Assembly: GCF_000316515.1 (NCBI RefSeq)
Contig: NC_019675.1
Location: 1,171,964 to 1,203,963 of the forward strand
Origin: Cyanobium gracile PCC 6307
GTDB taxonomy: Bacteria > Cyanobacteriota > Cyanobacteriia > PCC-6307 > Cyanobiaceae
Direction: 5' to 3'
Length of the DNA: 32,000 nucleotides
Shown here: piece after piece, positions 1 to 10,216 of the stretch
Position numbering within the stretch: the first letter of the stretch is position 1
How the letters are laid out: every line of letters begins with the position of its first letter
The notes under the pieces: model-generated
Seen by the model: the letters and a program-made list of their open reading frames with translations, nothing else
Database searches by the model: none
What the model was told of the DNA's origin: nothing
Made by a program: the position numbers and the translations under genes

Positions 1-1
1 C

Positions 2-811
2 CTGAAGGCCAAGGCCGACACCAATGACAACTGCCGCTTCGGTCTGTACAACTGGACCGAACCCACCCTCCATTCCAGGCTCCATGAACTGATTGCCTGC
101 GCCGAGAGCCATGGCGTCCCCTGCGGCATCTCCTCCAATCTCAATTACGACTACGACTGGTCCCTGCTCAAGCCCCTGCGCCTGTGGAACTTCACGATCA
201 CGGTGTCGGGCTTTACCCAGCGCACCTACCAGATCAACCACAAGGGCGGCCGGATCGAACCGGTGCTCGCCAACCTGATCCGCATCTCCGAAACCCTCGG
301 CGACTGGGAATGCTTCCAGAACATCGACGTGCGCTATTTGGTTCACAAGCAGAACCTGCATGAAGTGCACCTGTTCAAGCACTTCTGCGACAAATTGGGG
401 ATAAAATTCAGCCCCTACCACGCCTATTACATGCCCATCGACAAGATGTTCGACGGGCTCGAAACGATTCCCCCGGAACTCGAGTACATCTATTACAGCC
501 CCCAGCTGGTGCAGCAGGCCATCGGTGACCACCGATCACAGAATTGCTTCATGCGCGAGTCCCAGGTCTGCCTCGACCACGAAGGCAACTTCTCGGTCTG
601 CTGCGTGCAGTCCCCCTCCGCCCCATCAATCGCCAACTATCTGGACACCCCCTACCAGGTGATGCAGGCCAAGCGCTATGGCAGCGAACTCTGCAAGAAG
701 TGCACCAGCACCGGCATCAACATCTTCGCCACCTATGGCATGCAGGAGCCGCCGGAGATCCAGCAATCGATCGAAAAACTTCTCCCCGTCGACCTGAAGG
801 ATTTTCGCTGA
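2..811 (+). CDS. Radical SAM/SPASM-like domain protein, 5' truncated by window edge
   Basis: Frame 2 is open from the window edge: LKAKADTNDNCRFGLYNWTEPTLHSRLHELIACAESHGVPCGISSNLNYDYDWSLLKPL...; the NWTEP...LH...GVPCGISSNLN pattern is typical of radical SAM barrels, with C-terminal cysteines (NCFMRESQVC...VCCVQ...LCKKC). The track ORF 203-811 is only its 3' part. Confidence 0.82.
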   Translation: MKAKADTNDNCRFGLYNWTEPTLHSRLHELIACAESHGVPCGISSNLNYDYDWSLLKPLRLWNFTITVSGFTQRTYQINHKGGRIEPVLANLIRISETLGDWECFQNIDVRYLVHKQNLHEVHLFKHFCDKLGIKFSPYHAYYMPIDKMFDGLETIPPELEYIYYSPQLVQQAIGDHRSQNCFMRESQVCLDHEGNFSVCCVQSPSAPSIANYLDTPYQVMQAKRYGSELCKKCTSTGINIFATYGMQEPPEIQQSIEKLLPVDLKDFR

Positions 812-814
812 TCA

Positions 815-1960
815 GTGACATCCAATGATGCAGCCTCGCGCAGCGAGACCGACACGCCCGCCTACGACTATTTGATCGTCGGCTGCGGGCTGTTCGGTGC
901 CACCTTTGCCCGACTCGCCACCGATGCCGGAAAACGTTGTCTCATCGTCGAGCGCCGCCCCCACATCGGTGGCAATTGCTATACGGAGAAGCTGGAAGGC
1001 ATCAACGTCCATCGCTACGGCGCCCATATCTTTCACACCAGCAACAAGGCCGTCTGGGCCTTCGTCAATAGGTTTGCAGAATTCAATAACTATATCAACT
1101 CACCCAAGGCGATCTCCGGAGACAAGCTATATTCCCTACCCTTCAACATGAATACCTTCTACGAGCTCTGGCAGACGCGCACGCCCGAGGAAGCCCGGCA
1201 GAAGATCGCCTCCCAGCGCTTCACCGGCGAACCCACCAACCTGGAAGAGCAGGCCCTGTCACTGGTGGGGAAGGACATCTACGAGACCCTGATCCGCGAC
1301 TACACCCGCAAACAGTGGGGCAAGCATCCCCGTGAACTGCCCGCCTTCATCATCAAGCGGCTGCCGTTGCGCTTCACCTACGACAACAACTATTTCTCCG
1401 ACCGCTACCAGGGGATCCCGATCGGCGGTTACACGGCCCTGTTCGACGCCTTGCTGGAGGGCATCGAGGTCCGCCTCAACGTCGATTACTTCGCCGACCG
1501 CACCCCGTTGGGGCGCCTGGCCCGCAAGGTGGTCTATACCGGCTGCATCGACCAGTATTTCGACTATGGGCTGGGGAGGCTGGAGTACCGCTCGCTCGCG
1601 TTCGACAACGCCGTGGTGGAAACCGACAACTTCCAGGGCAATGCGGTGATCAACTACTGCGATACCCGCGAGCCCTTCACCCGCATCATCGAGCACAAGC
1701 ACTTCGAAGGCTCCAGCTCCCCCGTCACCGTGATCACCAAGGAGTACCCCCGGCCCTGCAACGGTGAGGCCATTCCCTACTACCCGGTCAACGATGCCCA
1801 CAACCAGGGGCTGTACCGGCGCTATCAGGAGCTCTCCCAGGGAACGGAGAACGTGATCTTCGGGGGCCGTCTCTCCGAATACAAGTACATGGACATGCAC
1901 GTGGTGATCGAATCGGCCATGAACCGGTTCCGCAGCGAGAGCCGTCAGGCGTCGGCCTGA
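815..1960 (+). CDS. glf: UDP-galactopyranose mutase
   Basis: N-terminal FAD motif [66 protein letters not shown], and the remainder match Glf. GTG start 4 nt after the upstream stop. Confidence 0.95.
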   Translation: MTSNDAASRSETDTPAYDYLIVGCGLFGATFARLATDAGKRCLIVERRPHIGGNCYTEKLEGINVHRYGAHIFHTSNKAVWAFVNRFAEFNNYINSPKAISGDKLYSLPFNMNTFYELWQTRTPEEARQKIASQRFTGEPTNLEEQALSLVGKDIYETLIRDYTRKQWGKHPRELPAFIIKRLPLRFTYDNNYFSDRYQGIPIGGYTALFDALLEGIEVRLNVDYFADRTPLGRLARKVVYTGCIDQYFDYGLGRLEYRSLAFDNAVVETDNFQGNAVINYCDTREPFTRIIEHKHFEGSSSPVTVITKEYPRPCNGEAIPYYPVNDAHNQGLYRRYQELSQGTENVIFGGRLSEYKYMDMHVVIESAMNRFRSESRQASA

Positions 1961-3228
1961 ATCAGCCCGCCACCGAGCAGCACCTCGCCTCTGTAGGCCA
2001 CCGCCGCCTGCCCAGGAGCCACCGAGAACTGGGGCTCGGCGAAGTCGAGCCGGGCCCGGTGGGGCCGTCCGGCGGCGTGGTCGGCGGCCGTTTCGGGCAG
2101 GGGCGTCAGCAGGGCCCGCTCGGGCAGGCTGCGGTAGCGCACCTGCACCTCCACCTCGATCGGTCCGCTGGGCGGCGCGATCGACACCCAGTTGACGGCG
2201 CCGAGCACACAGGCCTGGCGTGTCGCCTCCCGCCGGGGCGCCACCACCACCCGGTTCATGGCCCCATCCAGCCGCACCACATGGAGGGGTTCGCTCCAGG
2301 CCACCCCCAGACCCTTGCGTTGGCCGATGGTGAAGTGCTCGATCCCGTCGTGCTGGCCGAGCACCGTGCCGTCCGCGAGAACAATCTCACCCTGTCGAGG
2401 CGCCAGGTAGGCATCCAGGAACGCCCGCATCGACCCATGGTGATCGGCCAGACAGAGGTCCTGGCTTTCGGGCTTGGCGGCGGTGCGCAGGCCGAGGCGT
2501 GCGGCCTCGGCGCGGGTGGCCTCCTTGGTGAGTTCACCGAGGGGGAAGACCAGCCGCCCCAGCACCGACTGGGGCAGGTCGTAGAGGAAGTAGCTCTGGT
2601 CCTTGTGGGCATCGAGGCCCCGCAGCAACTGGTGGCGGCCGTCCTGGGGGTCGTCCTGGCGCAGCCGGGCGTAGTGGCCCGTGGCGAGGCGGCCGATGTT
2701 GCGCTCCGCCTCGGCCCACTCCAGCATCGGGCCGAACTTCACCGCCCGGTTGCAGCGGGAGCAGGGCAGGGGGGTGAGGCCATCGCCGTAGCCCTCCACC
2801 AGGAAATCGACGATCTGCTCCTGGAACCGGGCCCGGGAATCGACCACATGGTGGGGAACCCCCAGCTGGTCACAGATGCCGGCCGCATCCACCAGACCCT
2901 CGGCGCAGCAGGCGCCCTTGCCACTCATCAGCCACAGGGTGAGGCCCTCGACCTCCCAGCCGGCCGCCACCAGCAGGGCGGCGGTCAGGGAACTGTCGAC
3001 GCCGCCGGAGAGGCCCACCGCCACGCGCCGTTCACCGGGCCAGTCGCCAAGCCGTCCCAGCACCTCGGCCACCTCGGGGCTGGCGGCGGGGGGCTGGGCG
3101 GTGGACGCAGGCGGAACTGAGACCGTGGCAGCGGAGGGGCTCAAGGATCCCGATGGGTGGAACGGGGGGACGCCTCCATCATGGGAGAGCACTGCTCGGG
3201 CCGCCGTGAACCTCGGGCCGATGCCCAC
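1945..3228 (-). CDS. mnmA: tRNA-specific 2-thiouridylase MnmA (5' boundary uncertain)
   Basis: [20 protein letters not shown]-loop, [45 protein letters not shown]. The conserved part begins about 60 aa into the ORF; alternative starts exist at 3192 (GTG) and 3144 (TTG). Confidence 0.93.
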   Translation of the reverse strand: MGIGPRFTAARAVLSHDGGVPPFHPSGSLSPSAATVSVPPASTAQPPAASPEVAEVLGRLGDWPGERRVAVGLSGGVDSSLTAALLVAAGWEVEGLTLWLMSGKGACCAEGLVDAAGICDQLGVPHHVVDSRARFQEQIVDFLVEGYGDGLTPLPCSRCNRAVKFGPMLEWAEAERNIGRLATGHYARLRQDDPQDGRHQLLRGLDAHKDQSYFLYDLPQSVLGRLVFPLGELTKEATRAEAARLGLRTAAKPESQDLCLADHHGSMRAFLDAYLAPRQGEIVLADGTVLGQHDGIEHFTIGQRKGLGVAWSEPLHVVRLDGAMNRVVVAPRREATRQACVLGAVNWVSIAPPSGPIEVEVQVRYRSLPERALLTPLPETAADHAAGRPHRARLDFAEPQFSVAPGQAAVAYRGEVLLGGGLIQADA

Positions 3229-4828
3229 CGCCTGGCCGACGGCGGATGCCGATCACCTTCTGGTGAGCGGCGCCGCCATGGCCGCCATCGAGCAGGAGCT
3301 GTTCGCCAGCGGACTGCCGGTGGAGGCCCTGATGGAGAAGGCCGCCCTGGCGGTGAGCCGCCGCCTGGCGGAACGGCCGTCTCGGGACCGGCAGGACGGC
3401 CTGCTGGTGCTGGTGGGACCGGGCCACAACGGCGGCGATGGGCTGGTGGTGGCCAGGGAATGGCACCTGGCCGGAGGCCGGGTGCGGATCTGGTGCCCCT
3501 TCGAGCGCCGCCGGCCTCTCACCGAGGCCCACCTGCGCCATGCCCGCTGGCTGGGCATTCCCCTGCTGGAGGCCCCGCCCGACCCGGAGGATCCAGCCCT
3601 CTGGGTGGATGCCCTGTTCGGCATCGGCCAGCACCGGCCGGCCGGACCGCTGATCGAAGCCCTGCTGGGGGACCGGCAGCGGCGGCGGCCCGGCGCCCTG
3701 GTGGCGATCGATGTCCCCACCGGCCTGGACGCCGATGACGGGGTGCTGCTCGGCGGGGTCGCCGCCACGGCCGCCACCACCTACACCATCGGCCTGATCA
3801 AGCGGGGCCTCGTCCAGGACACCGCCCTGCGCTGGGTGGGACGGCTGGAGCGGATCGACCTGGGACTGCCGGCCGCGCTCCTGGGCCAGCCCGGTGGCGA
3901 GCCACTGCTGGGCCTGGGGGCCGCCGACCCGTGCTCGGCCCCCTGGCCCGTGCCGGATCCAGCCGCCGGGAAGTACGCCCGCGGACGCCTGCTGGTTGTG
4001 GCCGGCAGCCACCGCTTCCGGGGGGCCGCCCACCTGGCCCTGGCCGGCGCCACGGCCTCCGGATGCGGCAGCCTCCGGGCCGCCCTCCCCCAGGAGATCA
4101 CCCCCCACCTCTGGCAGATCCACCCCCATGTGGTGCTGGAGCCCGGCCTGGGGGCCACCCCGGCCGGGGGGCTGGCGCTGGCGGATCTGGCCGCGGGCTG
4201 GCTGGATCGGCTGGATGCGGTGCTGCTGGGTCCCGGCCTGGGCGGAGTCGGTCTCGCCGGTGCACCACCAGCGGCGGGGATCGACGCCCCGGAGCGGCAG
4301 TGCTGGCAGGATCTGGCCGACTTCGCCGGCCTGCTGGTGCTCGATGCCGATGGCCTCAATCGCCTGGCGGCCATGGGCAGCGACTGGCTGGGGACCCGCC
4401 AGGGGCCCACCTGGATCACCCCCCACGCGGAGGAGTTCCGCAGGCTCTTCCCCGACCTGGCTCCGCTGCCCCGGCCCGAGGCGGCGGGGGCGGCGGCCCG
4501 CCGCACGGGCGCCAGCGTGCTGCTCAAGGGGGCCCGCAGCGTCGTGGCGGCCCCGGATGGGCGCCGCTGGCAGCTGCTGGTGGCCTGCCCGGAGGCGGCC
4601 AGGGCCGGACTCGGGGATGTGCTCGCCGGCTACGCGGCGGGGCGGGGGGCCCTGGCCATGGCCGCCATGGGGCAGGCGGGAACGCCAGGGGCCGATGCCG
4701 TCTGGCTGGCAGCCGCCGCCCTCGACCATGCCCTGGCCGGCGTCCGGACCCATCGCCGGCACGGGCCCGGAGGCGTGACCCCCCTCGCGGTGGCCGAGGC
4801 CCTGGAACATCCGGAGCCAATGAAATAG
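3206..4828 (+). CDS. nnr: Bifunctional NAD(P)H-hydrate repair enzyme (epimerase + dehydratase)
   Basis: YjeF_N-like part ([13 protein letters not shown]...[21 protein letters not shown]...WVDALFGIG) fused to a carbohydrate-kinase-like NnrD part ([13 protein letters not shown]...GPGLG...VLDADGLN...[11 protein letters not shown]...[10 protein letters not shown]). Start is GTG 3206 or ATG 3221. Confidence 0.9.
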   Translation: MNLGPMPTAWPTADADHLLVSGAAMAAIEQELFASGLPVEALMEKAALAVSRRLAERPSRDRQDGLLVLVGPGHNGGDGLVVAREWHLAGGRVRIWCPFERRRPLTEAHLRHARWLGIPLLEAPPDPEDPALWVDALFGIGQHRPAGPLIEALLGDRQRRRPGALVAIDVPTGLDADDGVLLGGVAATAATTYTIGLIKRGLVQDTALRWVGRLERIDLGLPAALLGQPGGEPLLGLGAADPCSAPWPVPDPAAGKYARGRLLVVAGSHRFRGAAHLALAGATASGCGSLRAALPQEITPHLWQIHPHVVLEPGLGATPAGGLALADLAAGWLDRLDAVLLGPGLGGVGLAGAPPAAGIDAPERQCWQDLADFAGLLVLDADGLNRLAAMGSDWLGTRQGPTWITPHAEEFRRLFPDLAPLPRPEAAGAAARRTGASVLLKGARSVVAAPDGRRWQLLVACPEAARAGLGDVLAGYAAGRGALAMAAMGQAGTPGADAVWLAAAALDHALAGVRTHRRHGPGGVTPLAVAEALEHPEPMK

Positions 4829-5050
4829 GGCGGAGCGGCCACTTCCCCATCGGGAGACTCTGATGGACTCCTCAGACCGGCAACAGAAGAATTAGCCCTT
4901 TGCTCATCCAATCAAAGCCTATTGCTAAAGAAGTCCGATTGTGTGCGGGTTCACATCTCATTCCTTAAAAGTTGTTCCAGACACTTTCTGCCCCTGCCGG
5001 TGGGTGGATAATCCGTTGACACTTTCGAAGGCGCCATTACGCCCCCTCCT

Positions 5051-5983
5051 ATGACCGTCTCCGCCATTGCGACGAGAAGGGAGGGCTCCACCCGCAGAGG
5101 GAGTGATTCCATCACGTGGTACCTCACCTCCATCGGCAGAGAGCCTCTGTTGACCCCGGCCGAGGAGATCGAGCTCGGCAACCAGGTGCAGGCGATGATG
5201 CACCTGGTGGAAGAATCAAAAACCGGATACTCCGTCCAGGAGAACAAGACGATCAAGGTCGGCCGCCGCTCCAAGGAGCGCATGATGCGGGCCAATCTTC
5301 GGCTCGTGGTGAGCGTGGCCAAGAAGTATCAGGGCAAGGGGCTCGAACTGCTCGATCTGATCCAGGAAGGTTCCCTCGGCCTCGAGCGTGCCGTCGAAAA
5401 GTTCGACCCCACCCGGGGCTACAAGTTCTCCACCTATGCCTTCTGGTGGATCCGCCAGAGCATGACCCGTGCCATCGCCTGCCAGTCCCGGGCCATCCGC
5501 CTGCCTGTTCACCTCAGTGAACGGTTGACGACCGTGCGCAAGGTGAGCCTCGAGCTGGCCCACAAGCTCGGCGCCATGCCCAGCCGCCGTGAGATCTCCG
5601 AAGCCATGGCCATCCCCGTCGAGGAGCTTGACTCCCTGCTGCGCCAGGCCCTCACCATCTCCAGCCTGGATGCCCCCATCCATGCGGAGGACGGCCGCAG
5701 CTTCCTGGGGGACCTGATCGCCGATGGGTCCGCCGAGGAGCCGCTGGATCGCATCGAGCGGGGCATGCACCAGGAGCAGCTGGCCGAGCTCATGGGCCAC
5801 CTCTCCGCCCAGGAGAAGGAGGTGCTGGCCCTCCGCTTCGGCCTCGACGGCATGGAGCGCCACACCCTGGCCGAGATCGGCCGGCAGCTGGATGTCTCCA
5901 GGGAGCGGGTGCGGCAGATTGAACTCAAGGCCCTGCGCAAACTGCGCAGCCTCTCGACCCGGTCCGCCGTTCCCCTGGCCTGA
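5051..5983 (+). CDS. RNA polymerase sigma factor, sigma-70 family (group 2/type II-like)
   Basis: Region 1.2 DSITWYLTSIGREPLLTPAEEIELG; region 2 LRLVVSVAKKYQGKGLELLDLIQEGSLGLERAVEKFDPTRGYKFSTYAFWWIRQSMTRAI; region 4 HTLAEIGRQLDVSRERVRQIELKALRKLR. No long region 1.1. Confidence 0.95.
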   Translation: MTVSAIATRREGSTRRGSDSITWYLTSIGREPLLTPAEEIELGNQVQAMMHLVEESKTGYSVQENKTIKVGRRSKERMMRANLRLVVSVAKKYQGKGLELLDLIQEGSLGLERAVEKFDPTRGYKFSTYAFWWIRQSMTRAIACQSRAIRLPVHLSERLTTVRKVSLELAHKLGAMPSRREISEAMAIPVEELDSLLRQALTISSLDAPIHAEDGRSFLGDLIADGSAEEPLDRIERGMHQEQLAELMGHLSAQEKEVLALRFGLDGMERHTLAEIGRQLDVSRERVRQIELKALRKLRSLSTRSAVPLA

Positions 5984-5995
5984 TCGGCCGGCTCC

Positions 5996-6874
5996 TCAGC
6001 CCCGGCCGCCTCCGGCCAGAAGCCGTTTCAACCACCCCTTTGCCTGGAGCCCGGCGATCTTCAGTCGGCTCTCGCCTTTGAGGCCGCGATCGCGGCGGAT
6101 CTGGATCGGAGCGTCGCCGACCCTCTCCCAGTCCGGCAGCCAGCAATTGTCGGTGCGGGGAAACCAGAATTCGAACACGGATGTTGTCGAGATGGGCAGC
6201 AACTTACCCAGGATCGAGTAGATCGACTGATCATGGCGGTGCTCCTGGAACCCCTCCAGATTGGGAGAACGGGAGGGGCGGTCGTCGATCATCGAGAAAT
6301 CCTCACTGAACACCCTGATCCAGTGCCGCATGAAGTCCATGGCGGCGGGGCACTTGCGCACGAAGAAAGTGGTGGCCCCCAGCTGCTGGCTGCCGGTGAT
6401 CTCGGGCCTATCCCGCACCGCCAGCCGGTCGAGCAGATCACCCTTGGTCCACTTGGCCTCCCCCTGATCGGGAAACTGACGGCCCTCGTAGATGAGGGAA
6501 CCATTGGGGGGAAGACATTCGAAACCCTGCAGGCCGGAAGGGGCCTCCGCAGCCATCGCAAAGAACTCCAGCAGGCGCTGCCTTCCCGCAGGGTTGAGGT
6601 GACAGCCGGAATCGATCCAGTGCACCAGATCGCCGTCCTGCAGACGCTGGAGGGTCTGAAGAACGATCTGGGGCTTCCAGGCGTAGTAGCCAAAACCCCG
6701 GTGCTCCGGCGTCAGATAATCCTTGAACTGCTGGCGAAACGCAGGATCGAGATCGAACTCCGAGGCACTTACGATATCTGTGTACACGCCCATATCCTTC
6801 GCCTGACGACATAAGCGGCGCCGGGCCACTTTCATGCGGTGATCCGAGAAAGTGACGAGGACGCGTTTGGTCAT
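5996..6874 (-). CDS. Conserved hypothetical protein, possible glycosyltransferase-like fold
   Basis: Open frame starting MTKRVLVTFSDHRMKVARRRLCRQAKDMGVYTDI...GYYAWKPQIVLQTLQRLQDGDLVHWIDSGCHLN; a YYxWKP + HWxDxG-like motif resembles sugar-nucleotide-binding transferases. Start set at the internal ATG (6874) rather than 6889. Confidence 0.6.
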   Translation of the reverse strand: MTKRVLVTFSDHRMKVARRRLCRQAKDMGVYTDIVSASEFDLDPAFRQQFKDYLTPEHRGFGYYAWKPQIVLQTLQRLQDGDLVHWIDSGCHLNPAGRQRLLEFFAMAAEAPSGLQGFECLPPNGSLIYEGRQFPDQGEAKWTKGDLLDRLAVRDRPEITGSQQLGATTFFVRKCPAAMDFMRHWIRVFSEDFSMIDDRPSRSPNLEGFQEHRHDQSIYSILGKLLPISTTSVFEFWFPRTDNCWLPDWERVGDAPIQIRRDRGLKGESRLKIAGLQAKGWLKRLLAGGGRG

Positions 6875-7027
6875 CAGACCCGTTGCCATTCCGGCAATTT
6901 TAGTGATTCTAACATCGACTCAAGAAAAGACCGATTCCCGCGAAGAAATCAGGCCCAATTCCAATGGCCCCAGCGCCCGCCAAGCGACTCCAGCACCGCC
7001 CGGCCTGCCAGGAACTGTCGCGTCAGT

Positions 7028-8137
7028 TCAGTCGTCGGCCCAGATGTAACGGGTGAGTTCACTGCCATCGGGCTCCGGTGCCGCGAGGGCGAACTCGACG
7101 CAATCAGCGACTACGGCATCAATCTCCCTGTCGATCTCCTTGAGTTCCTCGGCCGTGGCCAGACCCTGCTCCATCAGTCGGACCGCCAGCTGCTTGATCG
7201 GATCACGCTTGGCCCAGAACTCCTTCTCCGCCGCTTCGCGGAGTTCGTCGGGATCCGCCAGGGAATGGCCGCGGAAGCGGTAGGTGAGGCATTCCAGCAG
7301 GGTGGGACCCTCTCCAGCCCTGGCCCGGGCGATCGCCCGCTGGGCCGCCGCCCGCACGGCCAGCACATCCATGCCATCGACCTCCTCGCCAACCATGCCG
7401 AAGCCGGCCGCCTTGCGCCAGATCTCCGGCTCGCTGGTGGCCCGGTTGTGGTCCATGCCGATGGCCCAGCGGTTGTTTTCGACCACGAACAGGATCGGCA
7501 GCTTCCACAGCGCCGCCATGTTGAGGCATTCGTAGAACTGGCCGATGTTGCAGGTGCCGTCTCCGAAGAAGGCCGCCGTGACCGCATCGCTGTCGGCCTG
7601 GCCGAGGGCCTCCCGCTTGTAGCGGCTGGTGAAGGCCGCCCCCAGGGCCACCGGGATGCCCTCGCCGATGAACGCATAGCCGCCAAGGAGATGGTGCTCC
7701 CGGGAGAAGAGGTGCATCGAGCCGCCCCGCCCCTTGCTGCAGCCGGTGGCCTTGCCGAACAGTTCACTCATCACCTCCCGGGCCGGCACACCACAGCTCA
7801 GGGCGTGGACATGGTCGCGGTAGGTGCTGCAGAACCAGTCGTGCTGGAGACGCATCGCCCGGATCACCCCGGTGGAGACAGCCTCCTGACCGTTGTACAG
7901 ATGCACGAAGCCGAACATCTTGCCGCGGTAGTACATCTCAGCGCACTTGTCCTCGAAGCGGCGCCCCAGCGTCATGTCGCGGTAGAGCATCAGGCCCTCG
8001 TCCCGGCTGACACTGGCCCGCTCGGCCGGGTACAGGCCCTCGAGCCGCACCGCATGGCTGCCCGCCTCCTCGGACGACGAGCTTGCCCCGACGGTGCCGG
8101 GCTGCGCTGCCCGCGCCGCGGTCAGTTCCTGAGTCAT
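7028..8137 (-). CDS. pdhA: Pyruvate dehydrogenase E1 component, alpha subunit
   Basis: [63 protein letters not shown], thiamine diphosphate motif [46 protein letters not shown]. Confidence 0.96.
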   Translation of the reverse strand: MTQELTAARAAQPGTVGASSSSEEAGSHAVRLEGLYPAERASVSRDEGLMLYRDMTLGRRFEDKCAEMYYRGKMFGFVHLYNGQEAVSTGVIRAMRLQHDWFCSTYRDHVHALSCGVPAREVMSELFGKATGCSKGRGGSMHLFSREHHLLGGYAFIGEGIPVALGAAFTSRYKREALGQADSDAVTAAFFGDGTCNIGQFYECLNMAALWKLPILFVVENNRWAIGMDHNRATSEPEIWRKAAGFGMVGEEVDGMDVLAVRAAAQRAIARARAGEGPTLLECLTYRFRGHSLADPDELREAAEKEFWAKRDPIKQLAVRLMEQGLATAEELKEIDREIDAVVADCVEFALAAPEPDGSELTRYIWADD

Positions 8138-8245
8138 GGCAGGACGGCGATGCGATTCGTGGCCACGACTGTACGGGGTCCGTTCCCTGATGACAGTCAA
8201 AACCACTGCCTCTGACTACAGTCGCGCCCCAGCGGCCTCATCGGA

Positions 8246-10216
8246 TTGGACCTGCCGATCGATCACTTCCGGTTGCTGGGTGTCTCTCCCTCCGCCGACG
8301 CCCAGGGGGTCCTGCGCACGCTTCAGTCGCGGCTGGACCGGGTGCCCCACGGAGGGTTCACCCAGGAAACGCTGCAGGCGCGGGCCGACCTGCTCCGCGC
8401 CAGTGCCGACCTGCTCTGCGACCACGATCGACGCGCCGCCTACGAAGCGGAACTGACGGGCCTGGCCGACACCGGAGGCTCCCTGCAGCCGGCCCTGGAG
8501 ATCGCCACCACCCGCCAGGTGGGGGGTCTGCTGCTGCTGATGGAGGGGGGCCAGCCCCTGGAGACGTTCGAGCTGGCCAGCCGCTGCCTGCAGCTGCCCC
8601 AGGCCCCCACCCTCGGCAGTGGCCGCGAAACCGATCTGACGCTTCTGGCGGGACTGTCCTGCCTGGAGGCCGCCCGGGAGCTGGAGGAGCAGCGTCGTTT
8701 TGAAGCCGCCGCCCGCACCCTGCGGCAGGGGCTGCAGCTGCTGCAGCGCCTCGGCCGGCAGCCCGAGCTCAGGGAAACCATGAACGCCCGGCTGGAGCGG
8801 CTCACCCCCTACCGGGTGCTCGATCTGCTCAGCCGGGATCTCGCCGCCGGCGCCGAACGGCGGGAGGGGCTGGCGCTGCTGGAGCAGCTGGTGCAGCGGC
8901 GCGGGGGCCTCGAGGGGGACGGCGATCCCCATTTCCCCCGCGAGGACTTCCAGACCTTCTTCCACCAGATCCGCTCCTTCCTCACCGTTCAGGAACAGGT
9001 GGATCTGTTCAGCCGCTGGGCCGCCAGCGGCTCCGAGGCGGCCGACTTCCTGGCCACCATCGCCCTGACCGCCTCCGGCTTCGCCCAGCGCAAGCCCGAA
9101 CGCATCGCCGACGCCCGGAGCCGTCTGCAGCGCAGCGGACGGGAGGGCGTCGAGCCCCTGCTCGCCAACCTGCACCTGCTGCTGGGGGAGGCCGACACGG
9201 CGCGGGCCTGCTTCGACAGCGGCGCCAGCCAGGAGCTCAAAGCCTGGGCGGCCGGCAAGAGTGACGATCCCCTCGGTCAGCTCTGCGCCTACTGCAGTGA
9301 CTGGCTGGTGCGGGACGTGCTGCCCGGCTACCGGGACCTAGAAGCCGAACCGGATCTGGTGGCCTATTTCAGTGACCGGGACGTGGTGGCCTACGTGGAG
9401 CGGGAGGACCAGCGGCGGGGCCGCGCCTACCTCTCGGCACCGGCGGCGCCGGCCGCGGCGGCCCCACCCCCGTTCCCGAGCTTCGAGACCCCTGGTTTTC
9501 CTGCCGCAGAGTCCTTCGCTCCCGGCGCCTCGGCCCTGGAGGGCTTCGCCTCCCTGCCGCCGACAGGCCCCGGGACGGATCTTGAGGACGAGCGGGATCT
9601 CGATGACGAGGTGCCCCTGCGCTGGCCCGTTCCCCCCCGGCCCTGGCTGCTGGCGGGCGGCGCCGCCCTGCTGCTGCTCCTGGCCGGCGCCTGGGTGCTG
9701 CGGCAGCGCCAGAGCGCTCCGCCGCCGCCCCAGCCGCCGGCTCCGCTGCCAGCTCCGGCCGCCAGGCCCCCGGCCGCGCCGACTCCCACCCCCGTGCCGG
9801 CGGGCGGCCCGAGCCTGGAGCCCCTCACCAGCCCCCGACCCGATGCGGCCCAGGTCCGCCGGCTGCTGGAGGACTGGCTGACGATCAAAGCTGATGTGCT
9901 GGCCGGTGAGCCCATTCCCCAGGGCCTGGATCGCATTGCCCGGGAAGGGCCGGTGGAGCTGCTCACAAGGGAGCGCCGCAGTGATGCGGCCCGGGGCCAG
10001 ACCCAGCGTCTGGACGTGCGGATCACCGACCTGACCCTCTCCGAGAGCGGGCCCCGCCGCATCGTCGCCGTCGCCCGGCTCCGCTACAGCGACCGGCGCC
10101 TCGATGAAAACGGCAAGGTGGTGGAGAGCACGGCGCCCATGGAGCTGCGCAATGGTTATGTATTCGGGCGCGACGGCGATAGCTGGCGCCTGGTGGCCAC
10201 CCAATCCCTCAACTGA
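8246..10216 (+). CDS. ftn2: Cyanobacterial cell division protein Ftn2/ZipN (ARC6 homolog)
   Basis: N-terminal degenerate J-domain (IDHFRLLGVSPSADAQGVLRTLQSRLD), low-complexity linker, single TM segment PWLLAGGAALLLLLAGAWVL, C-terminal IMS-like domain (LLEDWLTIKADVLAG...WRLVATQSLN). TTG start. Confidence 0.85.
   Translation: MDLPIDHFRLLGVSPSADAQGVLRTLQSRLDRVPHGGFTQETLQARADLLRASADLLCDHDRRAAYEAELTGLADTGGSLQPALEIATTRQVGGLLLLMEGGQPLETFELASRCLQLPQAPTLGSGRETDLTLLAGLSCLEAARELEEQRRFEAAARTLRQGLQLLQRLGRQPELRETMNARLERLTPYRVLDLLSRDLAAGAERREGLALLEQLVQRRGGLEGDGDPHFPREDFQTFFHQIRSFLTVQEQVDLFSRWAASGSEAADFLATIALTASGFAQRKPERIADARSRLQRSGREGVEPLLANLHLLLGEADTARACFDSGASQELKAWAAGKSDDPLGQLCAYCSDWLVRDVLPGYRDLEAEPDLVAYFSDRDVVAYVEREDQRRGRAYLSAPAAPAAAAPPPFPSFETPGFPAAESFAPGASALEGFASLPPTGPGTDLEDERDLDDEVPLRWPVPPRPWLLAGGAALLLLLAGAWVLRQRQSAPPPPQPPAPLPAPAARPPAAPTPTPVPAGGPSLEPLTSPRPDAAQVRRLLEDWLTIKADVLAGEPIPQGLDRIAREGPVELLTRERRSDAARGQTQRLDVRITDLTLSESGPRRIVAVARLRYSDRRLDENGKVVESTAPMELRNGYVFGRDGDSWRLVATQSLN

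Noticed and set aside
3179-4810. 543-aa minus-strand ORF opposite nnr
   Set aside because: Low-complexity Gly/Gln/Pro/Arg-rich translation with no recognisable motif; a shadow of a clear plus-strand gene in GC-rich DNA.
6839-8215. 458-aa plus-strand ORF opposite pdhA
   Set aside because: pdhA on the minus strand has unambiguous motifs; this frame is an antisense artefact.
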